Assembly: GCA_937888725.1 (NCBI GenBank)
Contig: CALARE010000009.1
Coordinates: 970 to 64,969 of the forward strand
Direction: 5' to 3'
Source: an uncultured Alphaproteobacteria bacterium
Lineage (GTDB): Bacteria; Pseudomonadota; Alphaproteobacteria; CAAHEQ01; UBA3637
Length of the DNA: 64,000 nt
The first letter of the stretch is position 1. Each line of letters begins with the position of its first letter. Below, in pieces: positions 51,072 to 61,065 of this stretch. Both the position numbers and the translations under genes were made by a program. The notes under the pieces are model-generated. The model ran no database searches. It had not been told where the DNA came from and was given only the letters and a program-made list of their open reading frames with translations.

Positions 51072-52001
51072 TTAGTCCTTTTGATTTTGATACATTTTTT
51101 GTATATCTAAGATGTTATTTATTGATTTTCTTTGCGAAGCAACACAATGATAACAGGGTCTACATAAAAAATCTTTTTTAGAATCTTCTAAGCCAGCAAC
51201 CTGTAAACGTTTTAGATTATATACTCGTGAATGTAGTATATCATCTAATGAACTTGTATTTATATTTCCTACAATGTGGTTTTGTAACCAATCATGACAA
51301 CAAAAAGATACATTTCCATTATGAAAAATGTAGGTTCGATCTAAGTGTCTATTAAAATCACAACCTTCAGGTTGTATTTGAATATTTCTTTGCTGTTTTG
51401 ATTGTATGAGACCCGATCGATTAACAAAACTATATTTTTCTATAGAAATCCCGTTATCTGTCCAAAAGGAATTATCTTGTGCTTTTCCAATATTAAGACC
51501 AGCATCTTCTAATCCTGTGAGTTTGACAACAGACAATGATGTAGTAGATCTTCGTTCTTTTAATACTTGATTTAGATATAAAATATTTTTACAAACCTGT
51601 TCATAATTTATAGATTTTCCCATAATTTTATACGTTTGATCTCTATCATTTCCAAACACACTAAATAGTATCTTATCGATATTTAAGTCACTTAAGCGAT
51701 CAGCAATAGATGGAGTTAATAGCATTCCATTTGTAGATATTTCAATTTTTGCGGTTGGAATGAGAGTTTTAATTTGGTGCAATCTATCAATCATCTGATT
51801 GTCTATAAATGGTTCATTGTTTAAATAAGGAATAATCCATTTAGGTTTGAGAACTGATAATTCTTCTAATAATTTTCGCCATGTAGTATCTGACATATAT
51901 TCAAGCTTTGTCCTACCTTTCATATCGTGCCAAGGACAGACAACGCAAGAAGAATTGCAATAAGACACTGTTTGAATTTCAATAGCTTCTAGTTTGTACA
52001 T
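51072..52001 (-). CDS. radical SAM / SPASM-domain protein
   Basis: CNSSCVVC (CxxxCxxC) and a C-terminal CRPCYHC cluster. Confidence 0.65.
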   Translation of the reverse strand: MYKLEAIEIQTVSYCNSSCVVCPWHDMKGRTKLEYMSDTTWRKLLEELSVLKPKWIIPYLNNEPFIDNQMIDRLHQIKTLIPTAKIEISTNGMLLTPSIADRLSDLNIDKILFSVFGNDRDQTYKIMGKSINYEQVCKNILYLNQVLKERRSTTSLSVVKLTGLEDAGLNIGKAQDNSFWTDNGISIEKYSFVNRSGLIQSKQQRNIQIQPEGCDFNRHLDRTYIFHNGNVSFCCHDWLQNHIVGNINTSSLDDILHSRVYNLKRLQVAGLEDSKKDFLCRPCYHCVASQRKSINNILDIQKMYQNQKD

Positions 52002-53158
52002 GTTTTTTCTCTTTTAAATTCTGAAATAAATTTTTTTGCAATTTTGAAAGATGTTAATTTTTTTGTACATTCATATGATTTTTTAGACATAGCCAACCAA
52101 AAATCTAGATCAGAATTTAATTTTTGAATTATTTCTACCAATTTTTTAGGTGATGAATATAAAAGCTCATTAGGTATAAACTCTTTAAACCAATCAAAAT
52201 TAGGAGCTACGCAAGGAATTCCAAGAGCCATAGAATCTATGCAGGACATAGACCAAGGAGTACCTTTTCGGTATGGAGCTAAGCAACACAAAGCTCCGTT
52301 AAAAGCCTCTTTATAAATATCTCGGTTATTACCATCTACCCGAATCGTCACATTTTTATATTTCGAAAGTGCTTGTCTGTATTTCTCAACAGATGTGTCT
52401 AATCTTTTTCTTTTGGGATCTCGATTCCCTAAAATATCAAATATTTCAAATTCAAAATCGCCTATTTGATTTAAATTTGAAATTGTTTCCAACAAAAAAG
52501 ATGTTCCATAATGTTCATATAAACGATGATTATAAATAATTCGATTAGAGTGTCCATTTGGAGAATTATAAATGAACAGAGGATCTTTAGGTGGCGGATT
52601 AATAATAAACTTATGTGTATTAAAACTCTTATTATACTTTTCTAAAAGAAATTTTATGTTTTGTAAAGAGGTTTTGCTATGAGTGAATATAGTGTCAGCT
52701 GACAATATTCCAGAGAGAAAACTTAATTGTATAGTCTCATTTATGTTTCCTGCATTCAAAGAAGTGTCTGTATTTATTTTATTTTTTTGAAAAAAATAGG
52801 GAATATAATGAGCATATCCAATAATTTTAATAGTTGATAATTCTAAGTGTTCGATTAAAGCTTTGTAATTCGGGATAAGTTCTATTTGATTAATTAGTAG
52901 AACATCTGGATTTTCTTGCTTTATTATTTGCTCTATCTTATCCCAATTAAAATTAAATCTAACTGCATACTTACTATTTCCGAAATCAAAAGGAATATGT
53001 TTGATATTTTCATTTGATAAAGGTCTGGGAGATGCAAATAAAAAATCTATATCCTCATTAAGAAAGTCTTTAACTAATGTATTATAAAAAATATATGCAG
53101 AGTCTGTGGATAAATTATCTTTATTACTTACATTTAAAAAACATAAAACTCGAACCAT
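51989..53158 (-). CDS. glycosyltransferase family 1 (GT-B)
   Basis: C-terminal E-x7-E-like motif region and a Gly-rich nucleotide-sugar loop. Confidence 0.55.
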   Translation of the reverse strand: MVRVLCFLNVSNKDNLSTDSAYIFYNTLVKDFLNEDIDFLFASPRPLSNENIKHIPFDFGNSKYAVRFNFNWDKIEQIIKQENPDVLLINQIELIPNYKALIEHLELSTIKIIGYAHYIPYFFQKNKINTDTSLNAGNINETIQLSFLSGILSADTIFTHSKTSLQNIKFLLEKYNKSFNTHKFIINPPPKDPLFIYNSPNGHSNRIIYNHRLYEHYGTSFLLETISNLNQIGDFEFEIFDILGNRDPKRKRLDTSVEKYRQALSKYKNVTIRVDGNNRDIYKEAFNGALCCLAPYRKGTPWSMSCIDSMALGIPCVAPNFDWFKEFIPNELLYSSPKKLVEIIQKLNSDLDFWLAMSKKSYECTKKLTSFKIAKKFISEFKREKTCTN

Positions 53159-53161
53159 ATT

Positions 53162-53878
53162 TCACCTCTTTCTCATAATTGCTAAACCTGGATATATAGG
53201 TAATCTAAACTTTTCATACATTTCATCTGAGATATCGGTAAATGCATCAAAACCACCTGCTATATCTAAAGTACCTGTTGAAGGAAAATCCTTTTTTAAT
53301 TGTGGATCCACATCATGAGCAATTATAATAGCATCCTTTTTTAGTTTTGGATAAAAATTTTTAAAATCGTGCATAATTCCAGCATAACTGTGATCACCAT
53401 CTACATACAATAAATCAATTTCTTTAAAGGAATTTGCGTTAAGCAAATATTCTGCAGATGTTTGTTTAAAGTGCGTGATAATATCTTCCAAGTGATATTT
53501 TTTCCATAAATTATAAACTTCTTCTTCAGAATCCCATTTCCCAATCCCATACCAATGGTTTTTATCTTCGTTTGCAACGGAGTAAGAAGGATCTATAAAA
53601 TGTAACTGTGGAGTTACAGAGTGCTTTAGTATAACTTCTTCACAATCAACTTTTTTTATTTCTCCTCCTTCGTTATCTCTTAATCCCAAACCAAACATTA
53701 TTGGAGAAAAACCTGCTTTAGATCCAATAACAACAACATTCATGGGCCGAATAGACCGAACCAATGAGTAAAAAATAAAACCAAATCCTAAATTATTTGT
53801 TTTCAAATCAGTTACTTGAAAACTCGGCATTGTGTTACTTAAAATATCCGTTATTAAATCTTTTGTTAATGAAAACAC
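53162..53878 (-). CDS. class I SAM-dependent O-methyltransferase (TylF/CmcI-like)
   Basis: VVIGSKAGFS SAM-binding loop and the LYVDGDHSY motif characteristic of the TylF/macrocin O-methyltransferase family. Confidence 0.6.
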   Translation of the reverse strand: MFSLTKDLITDILSNTMPSFQVTDLKTNNLGFGFIFYSLVRSIRPMNVVVIGSKAGFSPIMFGLGLRDNEGGEIKKVDCEEVILKHSVTPQLHFIDPSYSVANEDKNHWYGIGKWDSEEEVYNLWKKYHLEDIITHFKQTSAEYLLNANSFKEIDLLYVDGDHSYAGIMHDFKNFYPKLKKDAIIIAHDVDPQLKKDFPSTGTLDIAGGFDAFTDISDEMYEKFRLPIYPGLAIMRKR

Positions 53879-53883
53879 TTTAA

Positions 53884-55074
53884 TTACTCCTTCATTTTTT
53901 TTAAAAAACCATTAATTTGTTGTAGTCTTTTTTTGCTAAAGTTACTTCCAAAATAATGTTTCCAGTTTTGCACAACACTAACCTGGTATGGTATTTCTAA
54001 TTGGATGTTAAAAGGCTTCTCGTCCGAAGAAGTTAGTAATGCTTGAAATAATCCCGCTAACCAAAGTCCTCGAGTCAACATTATTTCAGGATCGCCTTTT
54101 AAATTTTTTCCATAGACTCTGTCAAAATTAATGGGGAATGTCCCATTTGTAATAAAAAGAGATTTTTTCTTTGATATATTAAAAGTAAAATCATCAAAAG
54201 GTTTTTCAGGATTAAATGGGACTTTTATTCCTGTAAGAAAATTACTAAACTCTGTATCTTTAGAGGATGCGGAAACTAAAATTACTTTTTCCTTTAGATC
54301 CGCTATCATTTCTTTTGTTAAAGATGAAACCCCTGTAGTTCCAATCAAACAGTCTGATTCTTTCAATAGCATCTTTAAACTTCTAAAAAAAACAGGAGGA
54401 ACTTTTTCTTGTTGTAAATCATAACAGATAATATTCAATCCTTTTTTAGAAAAAAAATCTAACAAAGAGTTTCCTATAGCTCCTCCTCCCAATACGCCAT
54501 ATGTAAACTCTTTTTTTATTAAATGTCTTTTATCTAGAGCATTAAATATAGAGGCAGCAATAAAATTTGATTCTAACTCCCTTTTTGCTTTTGAGATTGC
54601 CACCTCAATAACCGGATAACGGTATTCAGAGTATGTCCCTTGCGTTGTTAATTCAACGCCAATCACATCCATTTCTTGAGGTAATAATATTTCTGAAACT
54701 GCTTGGGTAAGAGCCGCTCCGCTATCCATTACAATTATTTTTGGGTTAGAACTTTTTTGCGTTGTTTTAAAAAGTTGTTGAATCATAGTTTTGGCAGCTA
54801 AATAAGAAACTCTTTCATAGTCACCCCAACAAGAGGGGAGATCCATATGAAATACATTAAAACTATTCTTTTGTAGATAACTAAAAATTTCCGGAACAGT
54901 AGAATAGGATTTTCCTAATATAAAAATATTCTCCTTTTTAAAACCCAATTCTATCAAGGTTTCAAAAAAAGAAAGTGAGGAATACAAAATATGTGCATGA
55001 AAACAGATGAAGATGTCATCAAAGTTCGACCGTTTTTTATAAATATCATTAGCAATATCTTTTAAAAAAAACAT
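53884..55074 (-). CDS. NAD(P)-binding Rossmann-fold protein of unknown function (adenosylhomocysteinase-like dinucleotide-binding region)
   Basis: GVLGGGAIGNS…ICYDL GxGxxG motif. The N-terminal domain is unrecognised. Confidence 0.4.
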   Translation of the reverse strand: MFFLKDIANDIYKKRSNFDDIFICFHAHILYSSLSFFETLIELGFKKENIFILGKSYSTVPEIFSYLQKNSFNVFHMDLPSCWGDYERVSYLAAKTMIQQLFKTTQKSSNPKIIVMDSGAALTQAVSEILLPQEMDVIGVELTTQGTYSEYRYPVIEVAISKAKRELESNFIAASIFNALDKRHLIKKEFTYGVLGGGAIGNSLLDFFSKKGLNIICYDLQQEKVPPVFFRSLKMLLKESDCLIGTTGVSSLTKEMIADLKEKVILVSASSKDTEFSNFLTGIKVPFNPEKPFDDFTFNISKKKSLFITNGTFPINFDRVYGKNLKGDPEIMLTRGLWLAGLFQALLTSSDEKPFNIQLEIPYQVSVVQNWKHYFGSNFSKKRLQQINGFLKKMKE

Positions 55075-55212
55075 TTTATCAATCTCATTTTATTAACATC
55101 TTGATACATTTTAGCATAAAATTATAAATTTTCAAGTTATTTTTTCTTTACACAAGTTTTTTTTTATGCTAAAATCAAATTGAAATCGTTTAAAATCTTC
55201 ACGAGAATTGTA

Positions 55213-56679
55213 ATGCACAAACCAATACGAATTGAAAAATTATCATTAGAACTACCGCATAAAACATGTTTTTATGATTTTTCTACACAAATTCATTCGG
55301 GAGATAGAATTGGGATTATAGGGAAAAATGGATCAGGAAAATCTTCTTTAATTAAAATTCTTTTAGATCAAATAGAACCATCGAAGGGAAATGTTTATAA
55401 TTTATCCCATTTATCTATTGGATATGTTCCACAAACAATACTAAATCATGACGATCTTAGTGGTGGAGAACGCTTTAATCGGGCACTTTCTGATGCTTTA
55501 GAAATGGATCCAGATATTTTAATACTTGATGAGCCAACAAATCATTTGGATCAGCAAACCAGATATTCTTTAATGAGAATGTTAAATAATTACAGAGGAA
55601 CATTAGTAATAGCAACACACGATACAAATCTTATCAATCAATGTGTTAATACAATATGGCATATAGATCAAGGGAAAATAAATGTTTTTTCTGGAAATTA
55701 TGATGATTACAAAAGAGAATGTTTGATTTGTAGGAATAGTCAAGAAAGAACGTTAGAATTATTAAAAAAAGAAAAGAAGAAAATAAAAGAAGCAAAAATA
55801 AAAGAATTAAAGAAAAGTTCTAAACAGGGAAAATCAAAACCAAAGGATAATGAAAAGCTCTCCTATAATGGAAAAGCAAGTAAGGGAAAAGCCACATCTG
55901 ATGCGAGAGTTAGTGCGTTAAAAAGTGAATTAGAAAATATTCAAAAGGATATGAGCGCTTCTAGATTACCAGAAATTTTGATACCAAAATTCAAGTTAAA
56001 TAGCGCTTCTGTTTCTTTATCTAAAACAGTCTTATCTATTTCTCAAGGTTCTTGTGGATATGGAAACAATCCGATTGTTTCAGGAATTTCACTCTCTATA
56101 TCTGGTACAGATAAAATATCTCTTTCTGGAAATAATGCTTCCGGTAAAACAACTTTTTTGAAAGCTATTTTAAGTAATAAATCTATTTTACGGCAAGGAT
56201 TTTGGAATGTTCCTAATCCACAAGATATCGGCTATGTAGATCAGCATTATGAAAACTTATCTCCGACTAAAACTGTTGAGGAAATTATTTATGAACGTTC
56301 TCGTTTGCCACATTCAGAAATTCGAAAACATTTAAATGATTTTTTATTTAGAAAAAATGAAGAAGTTTTTGAAAAGGTTCAAAATTTATCTGGTGGGGAA
56401 AAAGCTCGCTTATCTTTAGCACAAATAGCAATTGCCCCACCTAAATTACTTATTTTAGATGAAATAACAAATAATGTAGATATTGAAACAAAAGAATATA
56501 TTTCAGCAGTTCTTTCTAATTATCCTGGAGCTTTTATAATTATTTCTCACGAACCTGATTTCTTAGCTTCACTTCCTTTAACTGGCAAATATGTTATAGA
56601 GAAAGGCAAATTCCTTCTTGAGCGACAACAATCATCTCAATTATGTCACTCATTTCCAAATGGTAGGGAGCGAAGTTAA
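55213..56679 (+). CDS. ABC-F family ATPase (two ABC cassettes, no TM domain)
   Basis: Walker A GKNGSGKSS and GNNASGKTT, two LSGGE signature motifs, and a Lys/Glu-rich linker. The start is set at the ATG at 55213, downstream of a TGcTAAAAT -10-like element. Confidence 0.7.
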   Translation: MHKPIRIEKLSLELPHKTCFYDFSTQIHSGDRIGIIGKNGSGKSSLIKILLDQIEPSKGNVYNLSHLSIGYVPQTILNHDDLSGGERFNRALSDALEMDPDILILDEPTNHLDQQTRYSLMRMLNNYRGTLVIATHDTNLINQCVNTIWHIDQGKINVFSGNYDDYKRECLICRNSQERTLELLKKEKKKIKEAKIKELKKSSKQGKSKPKDNEKLSYNGKASKGKATSDARVSALKSELENIQKDMSASRLPEILIPKFKLNSASVSLSKTVLSISQGSCGYGNNPIVSGISLSISGTDKISLSGNNASGKTTFLKAILSNKSILRQGFWNVPNPQDIGYVDQHYENLSPTKTVEEIIYERSRLPHSEIRKHLNDFLFRKNEEVFEKVQNLSGGEKARLSLAQIAIAPPKLLILDEITNNVDIETKEYISAVLSNYPGAFIIISHEPDFLASLPLTGKYVIEKGKFLLERQQSSQLCHSFPNGRERS

Positions 56680-57169
56680 GACATAATAAGTATTTTTATC
56701 TTCCACAAATTTCATCATAAACAAGGTTGTTTCGGTCAAGTTGACGGAATGGTTTCTTATGTATCTTTCTCGTAATTGGCATAAATCGGCTCGTAAATCA
56801 GGCAAAAATCACCGTTGATATTTGTCGTGCAACCAGCGGATGCGATCAATATCAACAACATTATCACGTATCGTTTTAGCTTTTTGAACATTTTCCAAGG
56901 TTCCTTTCATCGTTTTGACTTGTTCTTTGTGTTTTCCTTTTTTAATTTATCTTGCCTAAATACATTGACTTTTATGCAAGAAAGTGTTACGCTTATCTTT
57001 GTAAAAAAAGTTTAAGGGATCAAATGGCACAAATGGTATCGACTTATCAGACACATTTAAAAAAAGAGCAAGTTTGGCAATCTGTAGCTACAACCATAAA
57101 ACGATGTAACTATCAAAATAATTGATAGCAACTTGTATTTATTTTAGTATTTTAAGGAAGGAAATTATT

Positions 57170-57625
57170 ATGATTAGACGGGCAACGATGTCTGATGCAC
57201 CAGCTATTTTAGAATTGGTAAATTTTCATGCAGAACAAGGGTTAATGTTAAAAAAATGCCCTTACGATATTTATAAAAGTATTCAAGCCTTCTTTGTGTG
57301 TGAAGAAGATGGCAAAGTTGTTGGTTGTTCGAGAGTGGCAGTTGTATGGAAAGATTTGGTTGAAATTGCCTCTTTAGCGGTCCATCAAGATTATAAAAAA
57401 AGGGGAATTGGCAGATTATTGGTTGAAAAATGCCTTGAACGAGCCAAAGAATTGCATGTACCAAGGGCGTTTTCCCTCACCTATCAATGTGAATTCTTTT
57501 CAAAATGCGGGTTCTATGAGGTTGAAAGGGACTCCCTCCCCCATAAAGTGTTTGGCGATTGCCTCAATTGTGCAAAAGTTGATTGTTGTGATGAACACGC
57601 TTTTATTAAGGACATTGAGCTTTAA
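57170..57625 (+). CDS. GNAT family N-acetyltransferase
   Basis: AAGGAAGGA RBS. Acetyl-CoA-binding motif (HQDYKKRGIGRLL). Confidence 0.7.
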   Translation: MIRRATMSDAPAILELVNFHAEQGLMLKKCPYDIYKSIQAFFVCEEDGKVVGCSRVAVVWKDLVEIASLAVHQDYKKRGIGRLLVEKCLERAKELHVPRAFSLTYQCEFFSKCGFYEVERDSLPHKVFGDCLNCAKVDCCDEHAFIKDIEL

Positions 57626-57632
57626 ACGAATA

Positions 57633-57690
57633 AAAATACCGCTTTTTGCCGTTGGAATATAAAAGCAATGAAGCGGTATTTTTTTATTTA
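57633..57690. terminator. bidirectional terminator hairpin
   Basis: aataccgct…agcggtatt stem with flanking A and T runs, between convergent genes. Confidence 0.45.
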
Positions 57691-57704
57691 TATCAAAAAA
57701 TTTC

Positions 57705-58490
57705 TCACATAAACCCGTGAATTTTGCACTGACGCATAACGATTTCATTCTTACTTTTTTGGATTTTTGCGATTTCTTCAGCTCGCTTACATTCCCATTC
57801 GTCAACGGGATAAATCGCATTCCAAATCACAAAAATACGTCGCATCTGATCACTGATTTTAAACCAAGAATACGCCGATTCAAAATAAAAATAGGTTCTA
57901 GCAATCATCCCCTTTGAATATTTGGGGGGTTCAACTTTTCGACCTTGTATCTTCATTTCACAGGAGCCAAAAGTGTTCGGTATCCCAGCAAAAAACTCTG
58001 TAAACCCATAATTAGAGCGTAACGCATTCACCGCACCAACAGAAGGGACTAAATTGAACAAATCAGCTTGGGCACGTCGAAAATCTTGGCTAACCAACTC
58101 GGCACATTTGCGTCCTTTAAAGGGCTTTCCCTTTTTATCGACACATAAGGGATGTCCCTCACGCCAGGCAACCTCATGCCTGCCAAAATTCTCAGCTGGC
58201 ACCACATGTTCCCACTCAATCCGTTTGGTACGTTTTTCATATTTTGGCGTCTCAAATCCAGCGGGTAATTCAACATTTCCCTTTTCATCAAATTTAGCCT
58301 TGCAATAGAAAGTTTCAGGATGATTTTTATAAATCTTTCGCATATGTTTTTTTGCCACTGTAAATGATTCAATGGTTGTATTCCCCTCTGGCAAATGAAA
58401 AAAGGGATGCACCTCCTCAGCGTATGCAGGCGCCACAAAAAATGCCAATGCCATTAAGTAAAGTGCTGTTTTTCTAATAAATTTATTCAT
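57705..58490 (-). CDS. endA: endonuclease I (periplasmic/extracellular DNase, EndA/Dns family)
   Basis: Signal peptide, the TFYC…EWEHVVPA core, and P(V/S)VGxVN…ARTYFY…YPV…WEC motifs colinear with E. coli EndA. Confidence 0.8.
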   Translation of the reverse strand: MNKFIRKTALYLMALAFFVAPAYAEEVHPFFHLPEGNTTIESFTVAKKHMRKIYKNHPETFYCKAKFDEKGNVELPAGFETPKYEKRTKRIEWEHVVPAENFGRHEVAWREGHPLCVDKKGKPFKGRKCAELVSQDFRRAQADLFNLVPSVGAVNALRSNYGFTEFFAGIPNTFGSCEMKIQGRKVEPPKYSKGMIARTYFYFESAYSWFKISDQMRRIFVIWNAIYPVDEWECKRAEEIAKIQKSKNEIVMRQCKIHGFM

Positions 58491-58500
58491 TTAACCTCCC

Positions 58501-59790
58501 TCATCTATTTTCAAATAAATGAATATCACGATCAGCCACATCAACCCATGGGATTTTAAATTGTCCCATATACCCCTTTAAAACCTCTAAAATACTATCA
58601 CGCCCCGTAGCACCCATTAACATTGGCTCTTTATCATAAATAAATTCTTCCAACGTAATACCATAATTAAATTTCATCAAATAATTAAAAAATTTATTAT
58701 GAACCAAATCATTATCTTTTAAGCCAGGCACCTGTTTTTGATAATAGGGCATATGTTCAACAACTGTCTTAATAAAATGAGTGCGTCCGTTGTGCTCTAG
58801 ATAACTTTTTCGTGGGGTATATTTATGTTGATTAACGAGCACTTTATGAATCGTTTCAGCTAATGATTCAGGGGTAAATTCTTTCGCATACTCTCCCGCC
58901 TTGGGATAAATTGCGGGACTTGTCCCACGGATAAATTTATTATAATCTTTAAAAATAACAATCGGCGTGTTCGCACTCATTGCTTCATGAATAAATCTGT
59001 TTTTCCCTTCGCAAATTGAGGCAAGAACAGCACATTTTGACATGCTAAAATATTTTGTTAATTCCGCATAGGGTATTGTTGGCACCAACTGTATATAGGA
59101 AAATATCTGACCGCCCAAAATTTCATCAACCTTTTGAAATACCCCCTTTTCATAATCACTTAAAGACGAAATATCAATCCGACCATCTTTTTGAAGTTTA
59201 TGTGAATGAGCCCCGATCCCAAGCACAAAGTGTAATCGATGCTGATACTTTTTTTCATAAGCCAGAAGCATTTTTGCCAACATAGGCAAATTTTTAACAG
59301 GGTAAGCCGTGGAAAGGCAAAAAACGTCAATAACCTTTGGTAATGGGACAGAAAAAGGGGCCATAAAGCGTTCATTTGTCCAGTCCGCATCTTGCAAAGG
59401 GAGATAGATTAAATCCCGACGATGTGGATACTTTTTTTTATAATAATTTTCTCTTTTTTTATTCTTAAACAAGGTAAAAAGGCAATCAACCCCTTCAGAC
59501 CAAGCATATGAAAAAGTCATTGCATTGCCACAAATATGAAATAGCCTTTTAATATTTGGCACTTTTTTTATCAAATATTCACTCACTTGCGAATAGGCAA
59601 AGCCTTTGATAAAAATTGGACCAAATTTAACAGGTGGAATACAGACGGTTAAATTGGCTTTTTTTTCAAAAGGTTCCCCTTGTGTATAAATTTCTTCAAA
59701 GCTAAACGCATCTAAGGTATCCCAAATTTTTTCAATCGGTTGATTTGGATTTGGGTTATCCAAATACTGAACTGGCCATACCCCTTTCAT
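58501..59790 (-). CDS. GT-B fold glycosyltransferase-like protein
   Basis: EGKNRFIHEAMSANTPIV (E-x7-E-like). Confidence 0.45.
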   Translation of the reverse strand: MKGVWPVQYLDNPNPNQPIEKIWDTLDAFSFEEIYTQGEPFEKKANLTVCIPPVKFGPIFIKGFAYSQVSEYLIKKVPNIKRLFHICGNAMTFSYAWSEGVDCLFTLFKNKKRENYYKKKYPHRRDLIYLPLQDADWTNERFMAPFSVPLPKVIDVFCLSTAYPVKNLPMLAKMLLAYEKKYQHRLHFVLGIGAHSHKLQKDGRIDISSLSDYEKGVFQKVDEILGGQIFSYIQLVPTIPYAELTKYFSMSKCAVLASICEGKNRFIHEAMSANTPIVIFKDYNKFIRGTSPAIYPKAGEYAKEFTPESLAETIHKVLVNQHKYTPRKSYLEHNGRTHFIKTVVEHMPYYQKQVPGLKDNDLVHNKFFNYLMKFNYGITLEEFIYDKEPMLMGATGRDSILEVLKGYMGQFKIPWVDVADRDIHLFENR

Positions 59791-59936
59791 AGTTTGTCTC
59801 CTTAAATTTTGTGTCCTAAATGAGCTTTAGCATGATAGCTCAAAAAAGTCAATGTGCTATTTTTCCACTTGCAAAACATTTTTAAATATGCCATCATTTA
59901 ACCTGTTGATTTTTATTTATTAAACAGGATGCATTT

Positions 59937-61064
59937 ATGAAAAAAGATATTTATTTCCCAAATTACGACCATAGCATTCTTGCCCTATCAAATGCCTTAT
60001 TAAAAAAATATGGTCTTGCCCCTTACCACACCCCATTGAAATGTATTGAACAAAAGCTTCAACAATACAACAACATTGTACTCATGATTTTTGACGGCAT
60101 GGGGATGAATATTTTAAATCAGCATTTAAAAAAAGAGGATTTTTTAAGACAACATCTTTTTCAAGAGCTTTCTTCTGTTTATCCGACAACAACAGCCACA
60201 GCAACAACCTCTATTCATTCAGGACTTTCTCCGCTTGAACATGGTTGGCTTGGATGGATGCAATATTTTAAGGAATATGATAAGGTTATTGAATTGTTCC
60301 GCAACACTGATTTTTACACAGGCGAAAAGGTTGTTGATGGTGTGCCAATTGGTTTTGATGTTTTAGCTTATGAGGAAATTTACACAAAAATTACACATCA
60401 AAATCCTGATGTTCACTTTACAAAAATTTTCCCTGACTGGGCTGAAAATGGAGTTTCTTCTCTTTCTCAGATGAATGAACGAATTATAAACGCTTTAAAT
60501 TCACATAAGAAAAATCTAATTCTTTCTTATTGGACAGAACCAGACCACAGTATTCATCGCCATGGGGAAAAAAGCCTTATTGCCCATCAATTGATGCAAG
60601 AAATCAACAATAGTGTTGAAAATCTTTTTAATCACCTCAGAAATGATACCCTTATTCTTATAACAGCAGACCATGGGATTGTTGATGCTGATGAAATTTT
60701 TCTCAACGACATTGAAGGGTTTTCTGACTGCTTTAAAAATCCGCCATCAATGGAGGTTCGCCTTGTTTCATTCTTTATTAAAGAAGATAAAAAAGAACAG
60801 TTTTTATCCCTTTTTAATAAATATTTTAAAGATGACTTTTTGCTCTACACGCATGATGAATATATCAATTCTGGACTTTTAGGCGAAGGAACGCCACACA
60901 CAAAAGTTAATGATTTTGTGGGGGATTATGTTGCCATATCGCACGGGAAAAGAGCTCTTTGCTATTATACTGAAAAAGACAAAGCCATTTCCTTAACGGC
61001 TGATCATGCTGGCATTACAAAAGATGAAATTCTCGTCCCGCTTATTATTTTAGAAAAGGAATAA
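59937..61064 (+). CDS. alkaline-phosphatase-superfamily protein (nucleotide pyrophosphatase/phosphodiesterase-like)
   Basis: FDGMG metal-binding start, YPTTTATATTSIHSGLSPLEHG, and LITADHGI motifs. Confidence 0.55.
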   Translation: MKKDIYFPNYDHSILALSNALLKKYGLAPYHTPLKCIEQKLQQYNNIVLMIFDGMGMNILNQHLKKEDFLRQHLFQELSSVYPTTTATATTSIHSGLSPLEHGWLGWMQYFKEYDKVIELFRNTDFYTGEKVVDGVPIGFDVLAYEEIYTKITHQNPDVHFTKIFPDWAENGVSSLSQMNERIINALNSHKKNLILSYWTEPDHSIHRHGEKSLIAHQLMQEINNSVENLFNHLRNDTLILITADHGIVDADEIFLNDIEGFSDCFKNPPSMEVRLVSFFIKEDKKEQFLSLFNKYFKDDFLLYTHDEYINSGLLGEGTPHTKVNDFVGDYVAISHGKRALCYYTEKDKAISLTADHAGITKDEILVPLIILEKE

Positions 61065-61065
61065 C

